Shown here: positions 38,880-48,874 of the stretch, piece by piece | Layout: every line of letters starts with the position of its first letter | How positions within the stretch are numbered: the stretch's first letter is position 1 | Assembly (NCBI GenBank): GCA_027623555.1 | Contig: JAQBSZ010000003.1 | Location: 115,082-179,081 of the forward strand | Length of the DNA: 64,000 bases | Direction: 5' to 3' | Source: Pseudomonadota bacterium | Lineage (GTDB): Bacteria > Pseudomonadota > Gammaproteobacteria > Pseudomonadales > Pseudohongiellaceae | The notes under the pieces: model-generated | The model's input: the letters and a program-made list of their open reading frames with translations, nothing else | Database searches by the model: none | What the model was told of the DNA's origin: nothing | Program-made: the position numbers and the translations under genes

Positions 38880-39133
38880 ACATTCACTACCCTTGTAATT
38901 CACTGGCACTAGCCTAATTCAATTCCTGCCGGCTGTAACGTCTTGTTTCTATTTCCAGGTAGAGCCAGTTCGCCATAAATGGTAATTTTGGATGCGTTGA
39001 AATCAAAATTTATCACAACGATAGCAATGTCGCAGCGCGGCAGAGAATGACAATGGGCCGAATCAATCATGGCGAATGGCTCCGCAAGTTGTCCCTGCTG
39101 TCCTGTTGCCGATCAATCTTGAGAGATCTCTTT

Positions 39134-39964
39134 ATGAAAATAACTCTGAAAACATTCCCTCTATTAGTTCTGCTGCTTGGCTGCGGTCAGCATGTCCATG
39201 CTGACCACCACGAGGGCGCGCAACTCACCATTGAACAAATCATGGTGGGTGATCACCGCAGTGCCGCAAATATTGCCCGCAACCCCTGGCGCCATCCCGT
39301 GGAAACCCTGGAGTTCTTCGGACTCGAACCGGCCATGACGCTGATCGAGGTCGGGCCATCCGGGGCCTGGTATACCGAGATACTGGCGCCTTATATGCGC
39401 GACCACGGTAAATACTACGGCGCACATTTTTCACCCAATTCGCCTTCCGCGTTCCAGGTTAGAAGCCTGGAGGCGTTTGAGGCAAAGATGACAGCGAATC
39501 CCGAGCTGTATGGCAGGGCGACAATTCGTCACCTGTCACCACCCCATGAGATGGCGATCGCCCCTACAGAGAGTGCGGATATGGCCCTGACTTTCAGGAA
39601 CGTGCACAACTGGATTATGGCTGGACTCGAGCACGAGTATTTCGAGGCGTTCTATGCTGCCTTGAAACCGGGTGGAATTCTCGGTGTTGTTGAACATCGC
39701 GCCCTGCCAGGCTCTGGTATGGAGGTAATGCGTACATCCGGCTATGTCACGGAAGCCTATGTGAAGGAAATAGCTGGGGCGGCGGGATTCGAATTTGTTA
39801 GCTCATCGCAGATCAACACCAATCCGAATGATCCAACCGGTCACCCGGAGGGTGTCTGGACTCTACCTCCAGACTTTCGACTCGGCGATACTGACCGCGC
39901 CAGGTACGCGGCAATCGGCGAAAGCGACCGCATGACCCTGAAGTTCCGAAAACCGGGAAACTAG
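39134..39964 (+). CDS. signal-peptide-bearing class I methyltransferase-fold protein (paralog 2)
   Basis: From ATG 39134: lipoprotein-like signal MKITLKTFPLLVLLLGCG; HPVETLEFFGLEPAMTLIEVGPSGAWYTEILAP; LKPGGILGVVEHRA; ...DRMTLKFRKP. About 70% identical by eye to 43966..44802. Confidence 0.65.
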   Translation: MKITLKTFPLLVLLLGCGQHVHADHHEGAQLTIEQIMVGDHRSAANIARNPWRHPVETLEFFGLEPAMTLIEVGPSGAWYTEILAPYMRDHGKYYGAHFSPNSPSAFQVRSLEAFEAKMTANPELYGRATIRHLSPPHEMAIAPTESADMALTFRNVHNWIMAGLEHEYFEAFYAALKPGGILGVVEHRALPGSGMEVMRTSGYVTEAYVKEIAGAAGFEFVSSSQINTNPNDPTGHPEGVWTLPPDFRLGDTDRARYAAIGESDRMTLKFRKPGN

Positions 39965-40006
39965 CAGTCACTTGAAAAATGCAAGTCTAGAGGCTAGTCT
40001 TACCTG

Positions 40007-40369
40007 ATGAAAAAGCTTCCCTCCTCAACAGCGAAACGGAGCAGTTGCTCGGTAGCCACGGCGTTGGATGTATTCGGCGATAAGTGGACACTATTGATTG
40101 TGCGCGATATTGGCCTGTTCGGGCGCCATCGCAACAAGGAGTTTCAAGCGAGCAAGGAAGGAATCCCCAGCAATATACTGGCAAATCGACTCAAATCTTT
40201 GCAGGAAAAGGGCTTGATACGCAGGGTACCCTATCAGAATAATCCCCCGAGATATGAGTATTTCCTGACTGAAGCAGGTGAAGACCTGGTGCCTATCGTG
40301 CGCGCCATGGCACAATGGAGCGCCGAGCACGTCGCTGGAATCCGCTTACCGAAGAAAGTCGCTCGGTAG
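40007..40369 (+). CDS. HxlR-family winged-helix transcriptional regulator
   Basis: CSVATALDVFGDKWTLLIVRDI...LANRLKSLQEKGLI...YEYFLTEAGEDL. Canonical HxlR pattern. Confidence 0.8.
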   Translation: MKKLPSSTAKRSSCSVATALDVFGDKWTLLIVRDIGLFGRHRNKEFQASKEGIPSNILANRLKSLQEKGLIRRVPYQNNPPRYEYFLTEAGEDLVPIVRAMAQWSAEHVAGIRLPKKVAR

Positions 40370-40531
40370 TTATTGTCAGCTATAACTAATTGCAACAAAG
40401 TGTCACTTGTATTTTACAAGTTACCTGGCCCTGTCTAACATCGAAGCAGGTCGATAACTGAGTAAGTTCCGACACCGGAGCATTCAACACTGCCGCAGTG
40501 TTTGCTGCCCTTTACGAGCTGATTACCTGAT

Positions 40532-42817
40532 ATGACTATAGCGACAAGATTGTGCATCGTTCTGACAGTGTACTGGCGTGTCTCGATATTCCATTGCGCC
40601 GCCATCGCTGCATTGTTACTGGCGGCAAACACCGGTCTCTCTCAGGAAGTCGTGGTGGGTCGGGATGCCGCAGGCAATTTCACTGTACAGGCGATCCGCT
40701 ATGACGGTGCTGTAGATATTGACGGTAATCTCGACGAAGCGATCTACCGCCAAGTCGCACCCATTGCCGACTTCATTCAGCACATCCCGGACGCCGGTGC
40801 GCCTGCCAGTGAGAAATCCGAAGCCTGGGTCTTCTTTGATGACGACAATCTCTACATTGCCGCTCGCAACTATGAGTCGGTGCCGGAAGCCGATTGGATT
40901 GCCAACGAGATGCGCCGCGACACGTTCCAGTTAAGAACCAACGATTCATTCTCGGTGATGCTCGACACCTATCTCGATCGGCGTAACGGCGTAGCGTTTC
41001 TCGTCACACCAATCGGGGGCTTCTCCGATTTTGCAATATCCAATGAGGGCGACCGCGGTCGCGGGGTAAATTTCGACTGGAATATTGTGTGGGATTCACG
41101 GGTGGGTAGATTCGATGGCGGCTGGACGGTCGAGATGCAGATTCCGTTTCGTTCGCTGCGCTACGAGCCAGGTCAGGAGCAGACCTGGGGACTTCAGTTC
41201 AGGCGAATTGTACGGCGCCTCAATGAGGCATCTTATATAACAGAAATTCCTATCTCTGCTGCCCAGGGCAATAGCCTGGTGGCGGGCATGTGGCGCATCT
41301 CTGAAGCAGCTACCCTGGAAAACCTGGAAGTTCCTCCGCGCAATTTCAACCTCGAAATAAAACCCTACGGGCTGGGAAACGTCATCACCAACCGTGTGGC
41401 GACACCACCCCTGCGCAACGAAGCCGAGGGCGAGCTTGGGGTCGACGTGAAGTTTGGAATTACCAACAATCTGACAGCCGATTTTACCTACAATACCGAT
41501 TTTGCCCAGGTCGAAGTAGACGAACGGCAGGTCAATCTGACCCGTTTCGACCTGTTCTTTCCCGAGAAACGGGAATTCTTTCTGGAAGGGCGCAGCAACT
41601 TCGACTTCTCTCAGCCGCGCAACCTCGATGTGCCGACGATGTTCTTCAGTCGCCGCATCGGACTGGAGCAGGGTCAGGTTGTACCCATAGAAGCCGGCGC
41701 CCGCCTGACTGGAAAGATAGGTGACTTTGATATCGGTGCGCTCAACATCGGCACTGATGCGGTCAACTCCGGGAACATTGAGTCCAATAATTTTTCCGTG
41801 CTACGTATTAAACGAGACGTCCTCGCACGCAGTACTATCGGTATGCTCTTTACAGATCGGGCCGAATCCCTGGTCGGTGAAGGTTCGAATCAACTCTACG
41901 GCATTGATGGTTCATTCGACTTTCTGGATGATTTTTCCATCGATACTTATGTAGCCAGGACTAAGAGTCCGGGTTTAAATGGCGACGATAAGAGCTACAT
42001 GGGTAGTTTTGCCTATGATGCAGACCGCTACGGTTTTACTTCCGGTTACCTGGTCGTGGAAGACAACTTCAATCCCGAAATCGGCTTCAAGCGACGGGAT
42101 AATTTCAAACAGTATTCGGGTTCGGCGCGCTTCAGTCCCAGGCCCGCATCGATAGACTCTATACGCCGGTTCATCCTCGAGGTAGATACCGAGTCTTTCT
42201 GGTCGGCGGGCACAGACAAGCTGGAAACTCGTCAGCACGGACTCGGCTTCACCACCGAATTCGAGAACAGCGACCAGATCAGCGTATCTGTTAACGATCG
42301 ATTCGAGATGCTCACTCGACCATTCCAAATCGCGAAGGACATCAGTATCCAACCAGGAAAGTTTGACTTCACAAGTTATCAGTTTTCTTACACACTGGGC
42401 GCTCAACGCCAGCTGAGCGGCCAGTTCTCACTGCGCGTGGGCGATTTCTGGAGCGGACAGAACACGGCGATAGGATACAGCGGGCGTATTGAATTATCGC
42501 CTCAGCTCTCGCTGGAGCCCAGTTACTCAGTCAATAAGGTCGAGCTTCCAGAGGGTGATTTCAGAACTGAACTGGGCAGAATGCGTATCACCTACACTCT
42601 GTCGCCGCGCATGTATGTCGGTGGCCTGGTGCAGTACGATTCAAATGCAAAGTCTTTCAGCACCAATTTCCGATTCCGCTGGGAATGGGCGCCAGGCAGC
42701 GAGCTGTTCGTCGTCTACAGTGACGATAGGGACACCGACCCCTTTGGCAACCCCAGCAGCATGGAACTACGCAATCGCGGATGGGCGATAAAGATCAACA
42801 GACTATTCCAGATTTAG
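40532..42817 (+). CDS. large exported protein, DUF5916/CBM9-like N-domain plus beta-barrel-like C-region
   Basis: 761 aa; IDGNLDEAIYRQVAPIADF...WVFFDDDNLYIAAR resembles CBM9-like modules. The C-terminal 500 aa has an alternating beta pattern ending ...INRLFQI. The family name is from memory. Confidence 0.55.
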   Translation: MTIATRLCIVLTVYWRVSIFHCAAIAALLLAANTGLSQEVVVGRDAAGNFTVQAIRYDGAVDIDGNLDEAIYRQVAPIADFIQHIPDAGAPASEKSEAWVFFDDDNLYIAARNYESVPEADWIANEMRRDTFQLRTNDSFSVMLDTYLDRRNGVAFLVTPIGGFSDFAISNEGDRGRGVNFDWNIVWDSRVGRFDGGWTVEMQIPFRSLRYEPGQEQTWGLQFRRIVRRLNEASYITEIPISAAQGNSLVAGMWRISEAATLENLEVPPRNFNLEIKPYGLGNVITNRVATPPLRNEAEGELGVDVKFGITNNLTADFTYNTDFAQVEVDERQVNLTRFDLFFPEKREFFLEGRSNFDFSQPRNLDVPTMFFSRRIGLEQGQVVPIEAGARLTGKIGDFDIGALNIGTDAVNSGNIESNNFSVLRIKRDVLARSTIGMLFTDRAESLVGEGSNQLYGIDGSFDFLDDFSIDTYVARTKSPGLNGDDKSYMGSFAYDADRYGFTSGYLVVEDNFNPEIGFKRRDNFKQYSGSARFSPRPASIDSIRRFILEVDTESFWSAGTDKLETRQHGLGFTTEFENSDQISVSVNDRFEMLTRPFQIAKDISIQPGKFDFTSYQFSYTLGAQRQLSGQFSLRVGDFWSGQNTAIGYSGRIELSPQLSLEPSYSVNKVELPEGDFRTELGRMRITYTLSPRMYVGGLVQYDSNAKSFSTNFRFRWEWAPGSELFVVYSDDRDTDPFGNPSSMELRNRGWAIKINRLFQI

Positions 42818-42925
42818 CACAATTCGGAATTCCGGTAGGTTTCCTTTACTGTGTGCCACTAAGGCTGATGAGTTAAACTGCGGCTCTGTAGAAAAATTGC
42901 AGCGTCACTTGAAGAGGATTCAGGC

Positions 42926-43948
42926 ATGATCTCGAAAAGAATCAACAAGCTGCTTACGCTTGCCTGCTGTGCCCTGGTCACCATTGCAGGCAGTGCGCAA
43001 CAGAACACCCTGTTGCCTGCAGTCGGCAATAGCTACTCAACATTCGAAAACATGGTCACTATGCCAGATGGGCGTGTTATGGGGTCAGGCAATGCCATCG
43101 ATGTGGATTCACAAGGCAATATCTGGGTGTTCGAACGCTGTGGCGCCAACACCTGCAGCGGTTCAGACCTGGACCCGATCATCAAGTTCAGCCCGCAAGG
43201 AGAACCTCTGACCAGCTTCGGCGCCGGTATGTTTGTCTTTCCCCACGGGATCATCGTCGATGACGAGGACAATCTGTGGGTAGTCGATGCCGGTGTAGAA
43301 GACGGCGTTAAAGGCAACCAGATCTTCAAGTTCAATCAGCGGGGAGAAATCCTTATCGAACTGGGTCAGCCGGGAATCCGTGGCGACAGCCCCGGTCTGT
43401 TCAATGAGCCCTCGGACCTGGCGATTGGTCCTGACGGGTCACTCTACATTGCTGATGGCCACATCAATCCAGACTCGAATCGACGCATTGTGCATCTGAC
43501 GGCGGAAGGTGAGTTTATCGAAGCCTGGGGCTCGAAAGGCAATGGTCCCTTGCAGTTTGAATGTCCACACTCCCTGGCTGTGGATTCCCAGGGTCGTATC
43601 TATGTTGGCGATCGCACCAATAATCGGCTGCAAATTCTCTCACCAGACGGAAAACTACTCGCCATCTGGGATCACTTCGGACGACCCAGTGGAGTTCGCA
43701 TTCATGAGGATATTCTCTATGTGGTTGATTCCGAATCGCGATCGGTGGAAGGTCAGTATGGTTACAACCCCGGCTGGCACCGCGGTATCTACGTGGGCAC
43801 ACTGGACGGCATCATTACCGATTTCATCCCAGATCCTGCCCCTCACGATGGCACCAGTTTTCCTGAAGGCATCTCAGTCGATGACAACGGTGTGATCTGG
43901 GGCGCCTCGGTGGGTGATCGCAAAGTTTCCAAGTATGTAAAAAACTAA
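42926..43948 (+). CDS. exported NHL-repeat six-bladed beta-propeller protein (peptidylglycine-amidating-lyase-like)
   Basis: Signal peptide; repeated ...P.G(I/L)(A/V)VD..G.(I/L)(W/Y)V.D... blades (HGIIVDDEDNLWVVD, PSDLAIGPDGSLYIADG, PHSLAVDSQGRIYVGDRTNNRLQ). Confidence 0.7.
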   Translation: MISKRINKLLTLACCALVTIAGSAQQNTLLPAVGNSYSTFENMVTMPDGRVMGSGNAIDVDSQGNIWVFERCGANTCSGSDLDPIIKFSPQGEPLTSFGAGMFVFPHGIIVDDEDNLWVVDAGVEDGVKGNQIFKFNQRGEILIELGQPGIRGDSPGLFNEPSDLAIGPDGSLYIADGHINPDSNRRIVHLTAEGEFIEAWGSKGNGPLQFECPHSLAVDSQGRIYVGDRTNNRLQILSPDGKLLAIWDHFGRPSGVRIHEDILYVVDSESRSVEGQYGYNPGWHRGIYVGTLDGIITDFIPDPAPHDGTSFPEGISVDDNGVIWGASVGDRKVSKYVKN

Positions 43949-43965
43949 ACTGCTGGGGAAGCAAC

Positions 43966-44802
43966 ATGAAGTTAACGAAAACAATTACCTCGACACTCAT
44001 CATCGGCGCACTCACTTGCGGTGCGTCATCCGTGCTTGCACAAAACCATGCTGAAGGGACAATGACCCTGGAGGCGCTTGCCAATGGTCATCATCGCAGC
44101 GCTGAAAATATCGCCCGCAATGCCCCGCGTCATCCAGTAGAGACTCTGGAATTCTTCGGGCTGGAGCCGACTATGACAGTTATCGAAATTCTGCCGGCGG
44201 GTGGTTGGTATACGGAGATTATTGCGCCCTTTGTCAGGGACGAAGGCAAATTTTATGCGGCGCACTTTTCACCCAATGCCAGCCTGTCATACATGCCTGC
44301 CAGCTTGCATGGCTTCGAAGCGAAACTAACTGATACTCCCAGCCTCTATGGAAAAATCACGGTTCGGCATTTGAATCCGCCCCATGAAGTGGCGATTGCA
44401 CCCCCGGGGAGCGCCGACATGGCCCTGACCTTCCGCAACGTGCATAACTGGATCATGGCGGGACAGGAACATGAATATTTCGATGCGTTCTACACTGCAC
44501 TGAAACCCGGTGGCATCCTGGGCGTGGTGGAACATCGTGCCCTACCCGACGCCGGCATGGAAGTGATGGAAACATCAGGCTATGTCACTGAAGCCTACGT
44601 AAAAGAGCTTGCGGCGACGGCTGGATTTGAATTTGTCGCAGCATCCGAGATCAATGCCAATCCGCACGATGCGACGGTATATCCTGCCGGCGTATGGACC
44701 CTGCCCCCCAACTATCGCCTCGGCGATACCGATCGTGCCAGGTACCAAGAGATTGGCGAAAGTGATCGCATGACACTGAAATTCAGAAAACCTGTCAACT
44801 AG
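43966..44802 (+). CDS. signal-peptide-bearing class I methyltransferase-fold protein (paralog 3)
   Basis: Signal peptide; HPVETLEFFGLEPTMTVIEILPAGGWYTEIIAP; LKPGGILGVVEHRA; DRMTLKFRKP. It begins 17 nt after the NHL gene. Confidence 0.65.
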   Translation: MKLTKTITSTLIIGALTCGASSVLAQNHAEGTMTLEALANGHHRSAENIARNAPRHPVETLEFFGLEPTMTVIEILPAGGWYTEIIAPFVRDEGKFYAAHFSPNASLSYMPASLHGFEAKLTDTPSLYGKITVRHLNPPHEVAIAPPGSADMALTFRNVHNWIMAGQEHEYFDAFYTALKPGGILGVVEHRALPDAGMEVMETSGYVTEAYVKELAATAGFEFVAASEINANPHDATVYPAGVWTLPPNYRLGDTDRARYQEIGESDRMTLKFRKPVN

Positions 44803-44817
44803 GAATCTGTTTAGTCA

Positions 44818-45552
44818 ATGGCGAATCCAGTCTGCCTGATTGTTGGCGCCGGTGATTACATCGGTGCCGCTATCGCCCGCCGCTTTGCTGAGGGCGGTTA
44901 CACTGTCTGTCTCGGACGCCGTCATGTTGATAAATCCACGGATCTGGTTAAGGAGATTACCGACAGTGGCGGTACCGCACATGCCTACACGCTGGATGCG
45001 CGGGAAGAAAATCAGATTGAAGAAAGATTTGCCGTTATTGAGAGCGACATCGGTCCTCTTGAAGTAGTCATCTCAAATCCTGGCGGCAACGTTAACTTTC
45101 CGATCCGCGATACCACCCATCGGGTGTTCTACAAGGTCTGGTTGATGGCCTGCCTGACTGGATTTCTGACCGGACGCGAAGCAGCGAAGTACATGGTGCC
45201 GCGTGGCAAGGGCACGATTCTCTTTACTGGAGCCACTGCCAGTCTGCGTGGAGGTAGCGGCTACGCGGCCTTCGCCAGTGCCAAGTTCGCGCTACGGGGC
45301 TTGGCACAAAGCATGGCGCGGGAGCTCGGACCTGACGGTATTCATGTCGCCCACCTGATAATCGATGCCGGGGTTGATACTGCTTTCGTCAAGGAGCGAT
45401 TTCGAGAGCGCGGCATTAATCCCGATGAACTTCCCGAGCATACCTTGATGAATCCCAAGTCCGTCGGAGAGGCTTACTGGATGCTGCACCAACAGACTCC
45501 CGATGCCTGGACCCATGAGATGGACCTGCGTCCTTATGCGGAAAAGTTCTAG
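44818..45552 (+). CDS. SDR-family oxidoreductase
   Basis: VGAGDYIGAAIARRF (atypical Rossmann glycine motif) and YAAFASAKFALRG (YxxxK). 244 aa. Confidence 0.8.
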   Translation: MANPVCLIVGAGDYIGAAIARRFAEGGYTVCLGRRHVDKSTDLVKEITDSGGTAHAYTLDAREENQIEERFAVIESDIGPLEVVISNPGGNVNFPIRDTTHRVFYKVWLMACLTGFLTGREAAKYMVPRGKGTILFTGATASLRGGSGYAAFASAKFALRGLAQSMARELGPDGIHVAHLIIDAGVDTAFVKERFRERGINPDELPEHTLMNPKSVGEAYWMLHQQTPDAWTHEMDLRPYAEKF

Positions 45553-45806
45553 GGAGCCTCTGAACAAGACTATGGCCGCTCTGGTTTACAGCCAAATTCG
45601 CTCTCAAGACGCACGCAGGACGGTCGACCTTTCAAGCCAGTGCAACGCTGAGAGCGCATTCGATGTACACCCCCGACCGGCGTGGCCCGTCACGCCGTGT
45701 TGACGCGCTTGCCAAGGACGACTGCCATTGCCTGCGCACGCCGCCTAGCGGCAAAACGCGACAGACTCCCGCTCAGTGGCCAGATACTTGTTCAGAGGGT
45801 CCCTAG
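45549..45806. repeat. 258-bp MITE-like/structured element with 29-nt imperfect terminal inverted repeats
   Basis: CTAGGGAGCCTCTGAACAAGACTATGGCC (45549-45577) versus GGCCAGATACTTGTTCAGAGGGTCCCTAG (45778-45806), complementary at 25 of 29 positions. The interior is GC-rich with sub-hairpins (CGCTCTCA 45599-45606 / TGAGAGCG 45649-45656). The left arm contains the SDR stop codon. Confidence 0.55.
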
Positions 45807-45893
45807 GTACGTGCTTGCTGACAACTCCGATTTCTTCTTTAAGCACTTGAGCATCCATTGCAAACTAGCTAGATTACAAATTGGAATTCCTCT

Positions 45894-46502
45894 ATGTCAC
45901 TAAAAGCTGAGTTTCATTTCGATTTTGGCAGCCCGAATACTTACTACTGCCACCAGGTTATCCCTGAGATCGAGGCACGCACGGGATGCAAGATCGAATA
46001 CTTTCCGATTCTGCTCGGCGGTATCTTCAAGGCCACGAATAACAAGTCTCCTATGGAGCAGTTCGCCGGCGTCAAGAACAAGAACGAGTATAACGCGCTG
46101 GAGACCACACGATTCAAACTGAAGCATGGCATTAGCAGATTCAAGATGAACGTGCACTTCCCGGTAAATACCTTACACATCATGCGCGGCGCAATTTATG
46201 CGCAGCATCATGACTTCTACAAAGAATATATCGATGCAATGTACTGCAGCATGTGGGAGCAGGGCCTGAACATGTCCGATCCCGATGTCATATTGCAGGC
46301 ATTGAATGATGCTGGCCTACCCGCTGCAGCAATCATCGCTGGGTCTGCCGATCCCGCAATCAAACAGGAACTGATCGACAACACCAATGCCTCGGTAGAG
46401 CGCGGCAGCTTCGGTGCGCCGACATTCTACGTGGGAGAGGAAATCTTCTTCGGTAAGGATAGGCTGCGGGAGGTTGAGGAAGCGTTACTGGCTCAGTCCT
46501 GA
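45894..46502 (+). CDS. 2-hydroxychromene-2-carboxylate isomerase / DsbA-like thioredoxin-fold protein
   Basis: FHFDFGSPNTYYCH...GAPTFYVGEEIFFGKDRL, the HCCA isomerase (DsbA family) pattern. Confidence 0.8.
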   Translation: MSLKAEFHFDFGSPNTYYCHQVIPEIEARTGCKIEYFPILLGGIFKATNNKSPMEQFAGVKNKNEYNALETTRFKLKHGISRFKMNVHFPVNTLHIMRGAIYAQHHDFYKEYIDAMYCSMWEQGLNMSDPDVILQALNDAGLPAAAIIAGSADPAIKQELIDNTNASVERGSFGAPTFYVGEEIFFGKDRLREVEEALLAQS

Positions 46503-48773
46503 TCAGATCAGGCCGATATCGTCCAACAGAATCGTGCCTCGCTCCGACTGATCGAATAGAAAACGAATTTTCACTACTCGATCAATGTTGAAATCCTCCC
46601 CGTCTTCAACAAACTCATCGAGTGGGAATGAATAGTATTTCATGATCGCTTCGGAACGGGCTCCGGAATAGCCGTATTGTGCTCGCAGCGTATTGCTGCG
46701 TACCTGCGGGTAGAGTAGTTCTGCCTGGCTCAGAACCTGGCGAGCCGTGGTTCCATTGGCATCTTCGAGCACGATAGTCCAGTTCACTAACTGAAACTCC
46801 ACCTCGTCATCTTCTGCAGTGTCTGCCCCCTCTTCCTCTGTATCCATGTCGAAATCGTCGGGCAGAGTCGAGCCAGTGTTTTGTGCCGCTGTAAAAATCA
46901 GCGCGGCGTAGTTGCCAAGATTAATCGGTGAACCGAAAACAAGGCTCAGGTTGGCGTTTTCAGCAAATCGTTCATCCCAGGCAACGGCCAACACGTGAGA
47001 ATTCAATACACCATATTTCAGGCCCTGCCACGTTTCACTCCACTTGCTGAGTGCATGGGTTTGAATCGACAGATTGTCCATAGTGCCCGTAATCAGATTA
47101 CCATCTTCTTCAAAGTCGGCCAGCCAGCGAGTGAACAACTTCTGATAATTATTCACATAGAACGTATCCGGCAGCCAGTCCGCCGCATAGCTCACATTCT
47201 CAAAGATCGGTAAGTATGCGCGTTGCTGTCTGTGGGTAATATCCAGGAAGGCGGAAAAATACACTTCGGCAATCTGTCGCTGATCCTGTTCTGGCATGAG
47301 CGATGCCTTGCGTAGCGACCAGCCCAGCATCGTATCCTGATTTCCCCAACCCGAGTTAAACTGGCCGTGATTTGCACCGGCAATATAAAGCGCCGCCTTG
47401 AACTGATCGGAGTTGCTGAGCGTCGCCCGGTTGAACTGTCGAATTCCCGCGAAAGAAGTCACATCGCCATCGTCGCTGCCATGAATCACAAAATAGTTGG
47501 TATCCTCCATCGGGGTAGCGAAGCTGCGTGGCCGATATTGACCGTCAACCGGCGCAATGGCGATTATTCCCTTTATGTCGAAATCGAAATCGAAGACAAC
47601 AGAACCGTCATCCGGGTAATGGGAAAGCCTGTTGAAATGGCTGGCAATCGCCACCGCCTCACCACCCCTGGAGTGTCCGATTAAGGAGATGTTGCGCATA
47701 TCCACTCTGTTGTAAAACAGATGTCCCGGCGACTGATTCCATTCCCGCCATTGCCTCAGGTGTTCCAGTAACAGCCAGCCACGTGCGTCATTCTCTTCTT
47801 CGAGGCCGTTGTCAATCGGGTTTATCAGATCGCCAATGGATAGATTCAGAAAGTTTTCATCCACCGAGGCGACTATATAACCGCGGCTGGCCAGTAAAGA
47901 GCCCAGGTACTCATACCCAGGATCAGAGAAATCTTCCATGGGGTGATTGCCATGTACGATAAGCACCAGTGGAAAGCTTCCCGCCTCTGCGGGATACCAG
48001 ACGCGCGCCTGAACCGGGAGCTCAGCGGGTCCGAATCCCCAGAATCCGGTCCGCGACCAGCCGATAACATTCTCCCAGTTGTCGATCAACTTCGAGCCGT
48101 CCACAGACTGCGTCTTAAATCCTGTTTCATTACCAAACTCGGCCCGATGCCGGTCGATACCGCTGCCATAACTGGTAAACAGCACCTCGAATTCACCAGG
48201 CATGGAAGGATCGGGTAGCGATAAGGTCCTGTTCACCAATTGATATTCGCTAAGCGCAGGATTGGGATCGAAATAACGGACAAAACTTAAATAGAGAATC
48301 GATCCCATTCCGATCACGGCGAGAGTCATCAAACCGAGTGTGAATTTTTGGGTGCGGGGCTGCAGTCCCCTGGTCAACAGAGTGCCAACACCGCCACCGA
48401 TAAAAATCAGGCACAACAAACCCCCTGCTCCAAGCGCCAATCCGGTAATCTGCCCGAACTCCAGCGTCAGCAGCAGCAATATTGGCAGGGAAATAATTAG
48501 CGCAAAGACAAATTTCTTCGGCAGCTGCATGGCGAGTCGAATCAGCCAGTAGCCCAGGGTGCTGGCAGCTACCAGGGCGAAGTAAAAAGTCAGGAAGCCG
48601 ATAACTTTCCAGATCGTGAAATCTACGATCAGAACTGGCCAGGCCACCAGCATCAGCAGCAGTAACCAGCTGAGCAGAATCGCGCCAACAGAGAAACGCC
48701 ATGCTTCGGCGCTGGGCTTGATCGTGTCGCACAGGAATCGGTAGAGCCGTATTGCCCTGTCGGTTAGCTGCAT
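46503..48773 (-). CDS. multi-TM N-domain fused to alpha/beta hydrolase and a C-terminal beta-rich domain
   Basis: 756 aa with five or more N-terminal TM helices, LVLIVHGNH and GHSRGGEA (nucleophile elbow). Confidence 0.6.
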   Translation of the reverse strand: MQLTDRAIRLYRFLCDTIKPSAEAWRFSVGAILLSWLLLLMLVAWPVLIVDFTIWKVIGFLTFYFALVAASTLGYWLIRLAMQLPKKFVFALIISLPILLLLTLEFGQITGLALGAGGLLCLIFIGGGVGTLLTRGLQPRTQKFTLGLMTLAVIGMGSILYLSFVRYFDPNPALSEYQLVNRTLSLPDPSMPGEFEVLFTSYGSGIDRHRAEFGNETGFKTQSVDGSKLIDNWENVIGWSRTGFWGFGPAELPVQARVWYPAEAGSFPLVLIVHGNHPMEDFSDPGYEYLGSLLASRGYIVASVDENFLNLSIGDLINPIDNGLEEENDARGWLLLEHLRQWREWNQSPGHLFYNRVDMRNISLIGHSRGGEAVAIASHFNRLSHYPDDGSVVFDFDFDIKGIIAIAPVDGQYRPRSFATPMEDTNYFVIHGSDDGDVTSFAGIRQFNRATLSNSDQFKAALYIAGANHGQFNSGWGNQDTMLGWSLRKASLMPEQDQRQIAEVYFSAFLDITHRQQRAYLPIFENVSYAADWLPDTFYVNNYQKLFTRWLADFEEDGNLITGTMDNLSIQTHALSKWSETWQGLKYGVLNSHVLAVAWDERFAENANLSLVFGSPINLGNYAALIFTAAQNTGSTLPDDFDMDTEEEGADTAEDDEVEFQLVNWTIVLEDANGTTARQVLSQAELLYPQVRSNTLRAQYGYSGARSEAIMKYYSFPLDEFVEDGEDFNIDRVVKIRFLFDQSERGTILLDDIGLI

Positions 48774-48874
48774 AGCTGGTTCAAAATAGACGGTTCATAA
48801 ATAGTTAATTCATTGAATAAACACCATCATGATCCAGACGGTTGAGCTTGAATCGTGTTACGCGCAATCCTTGC

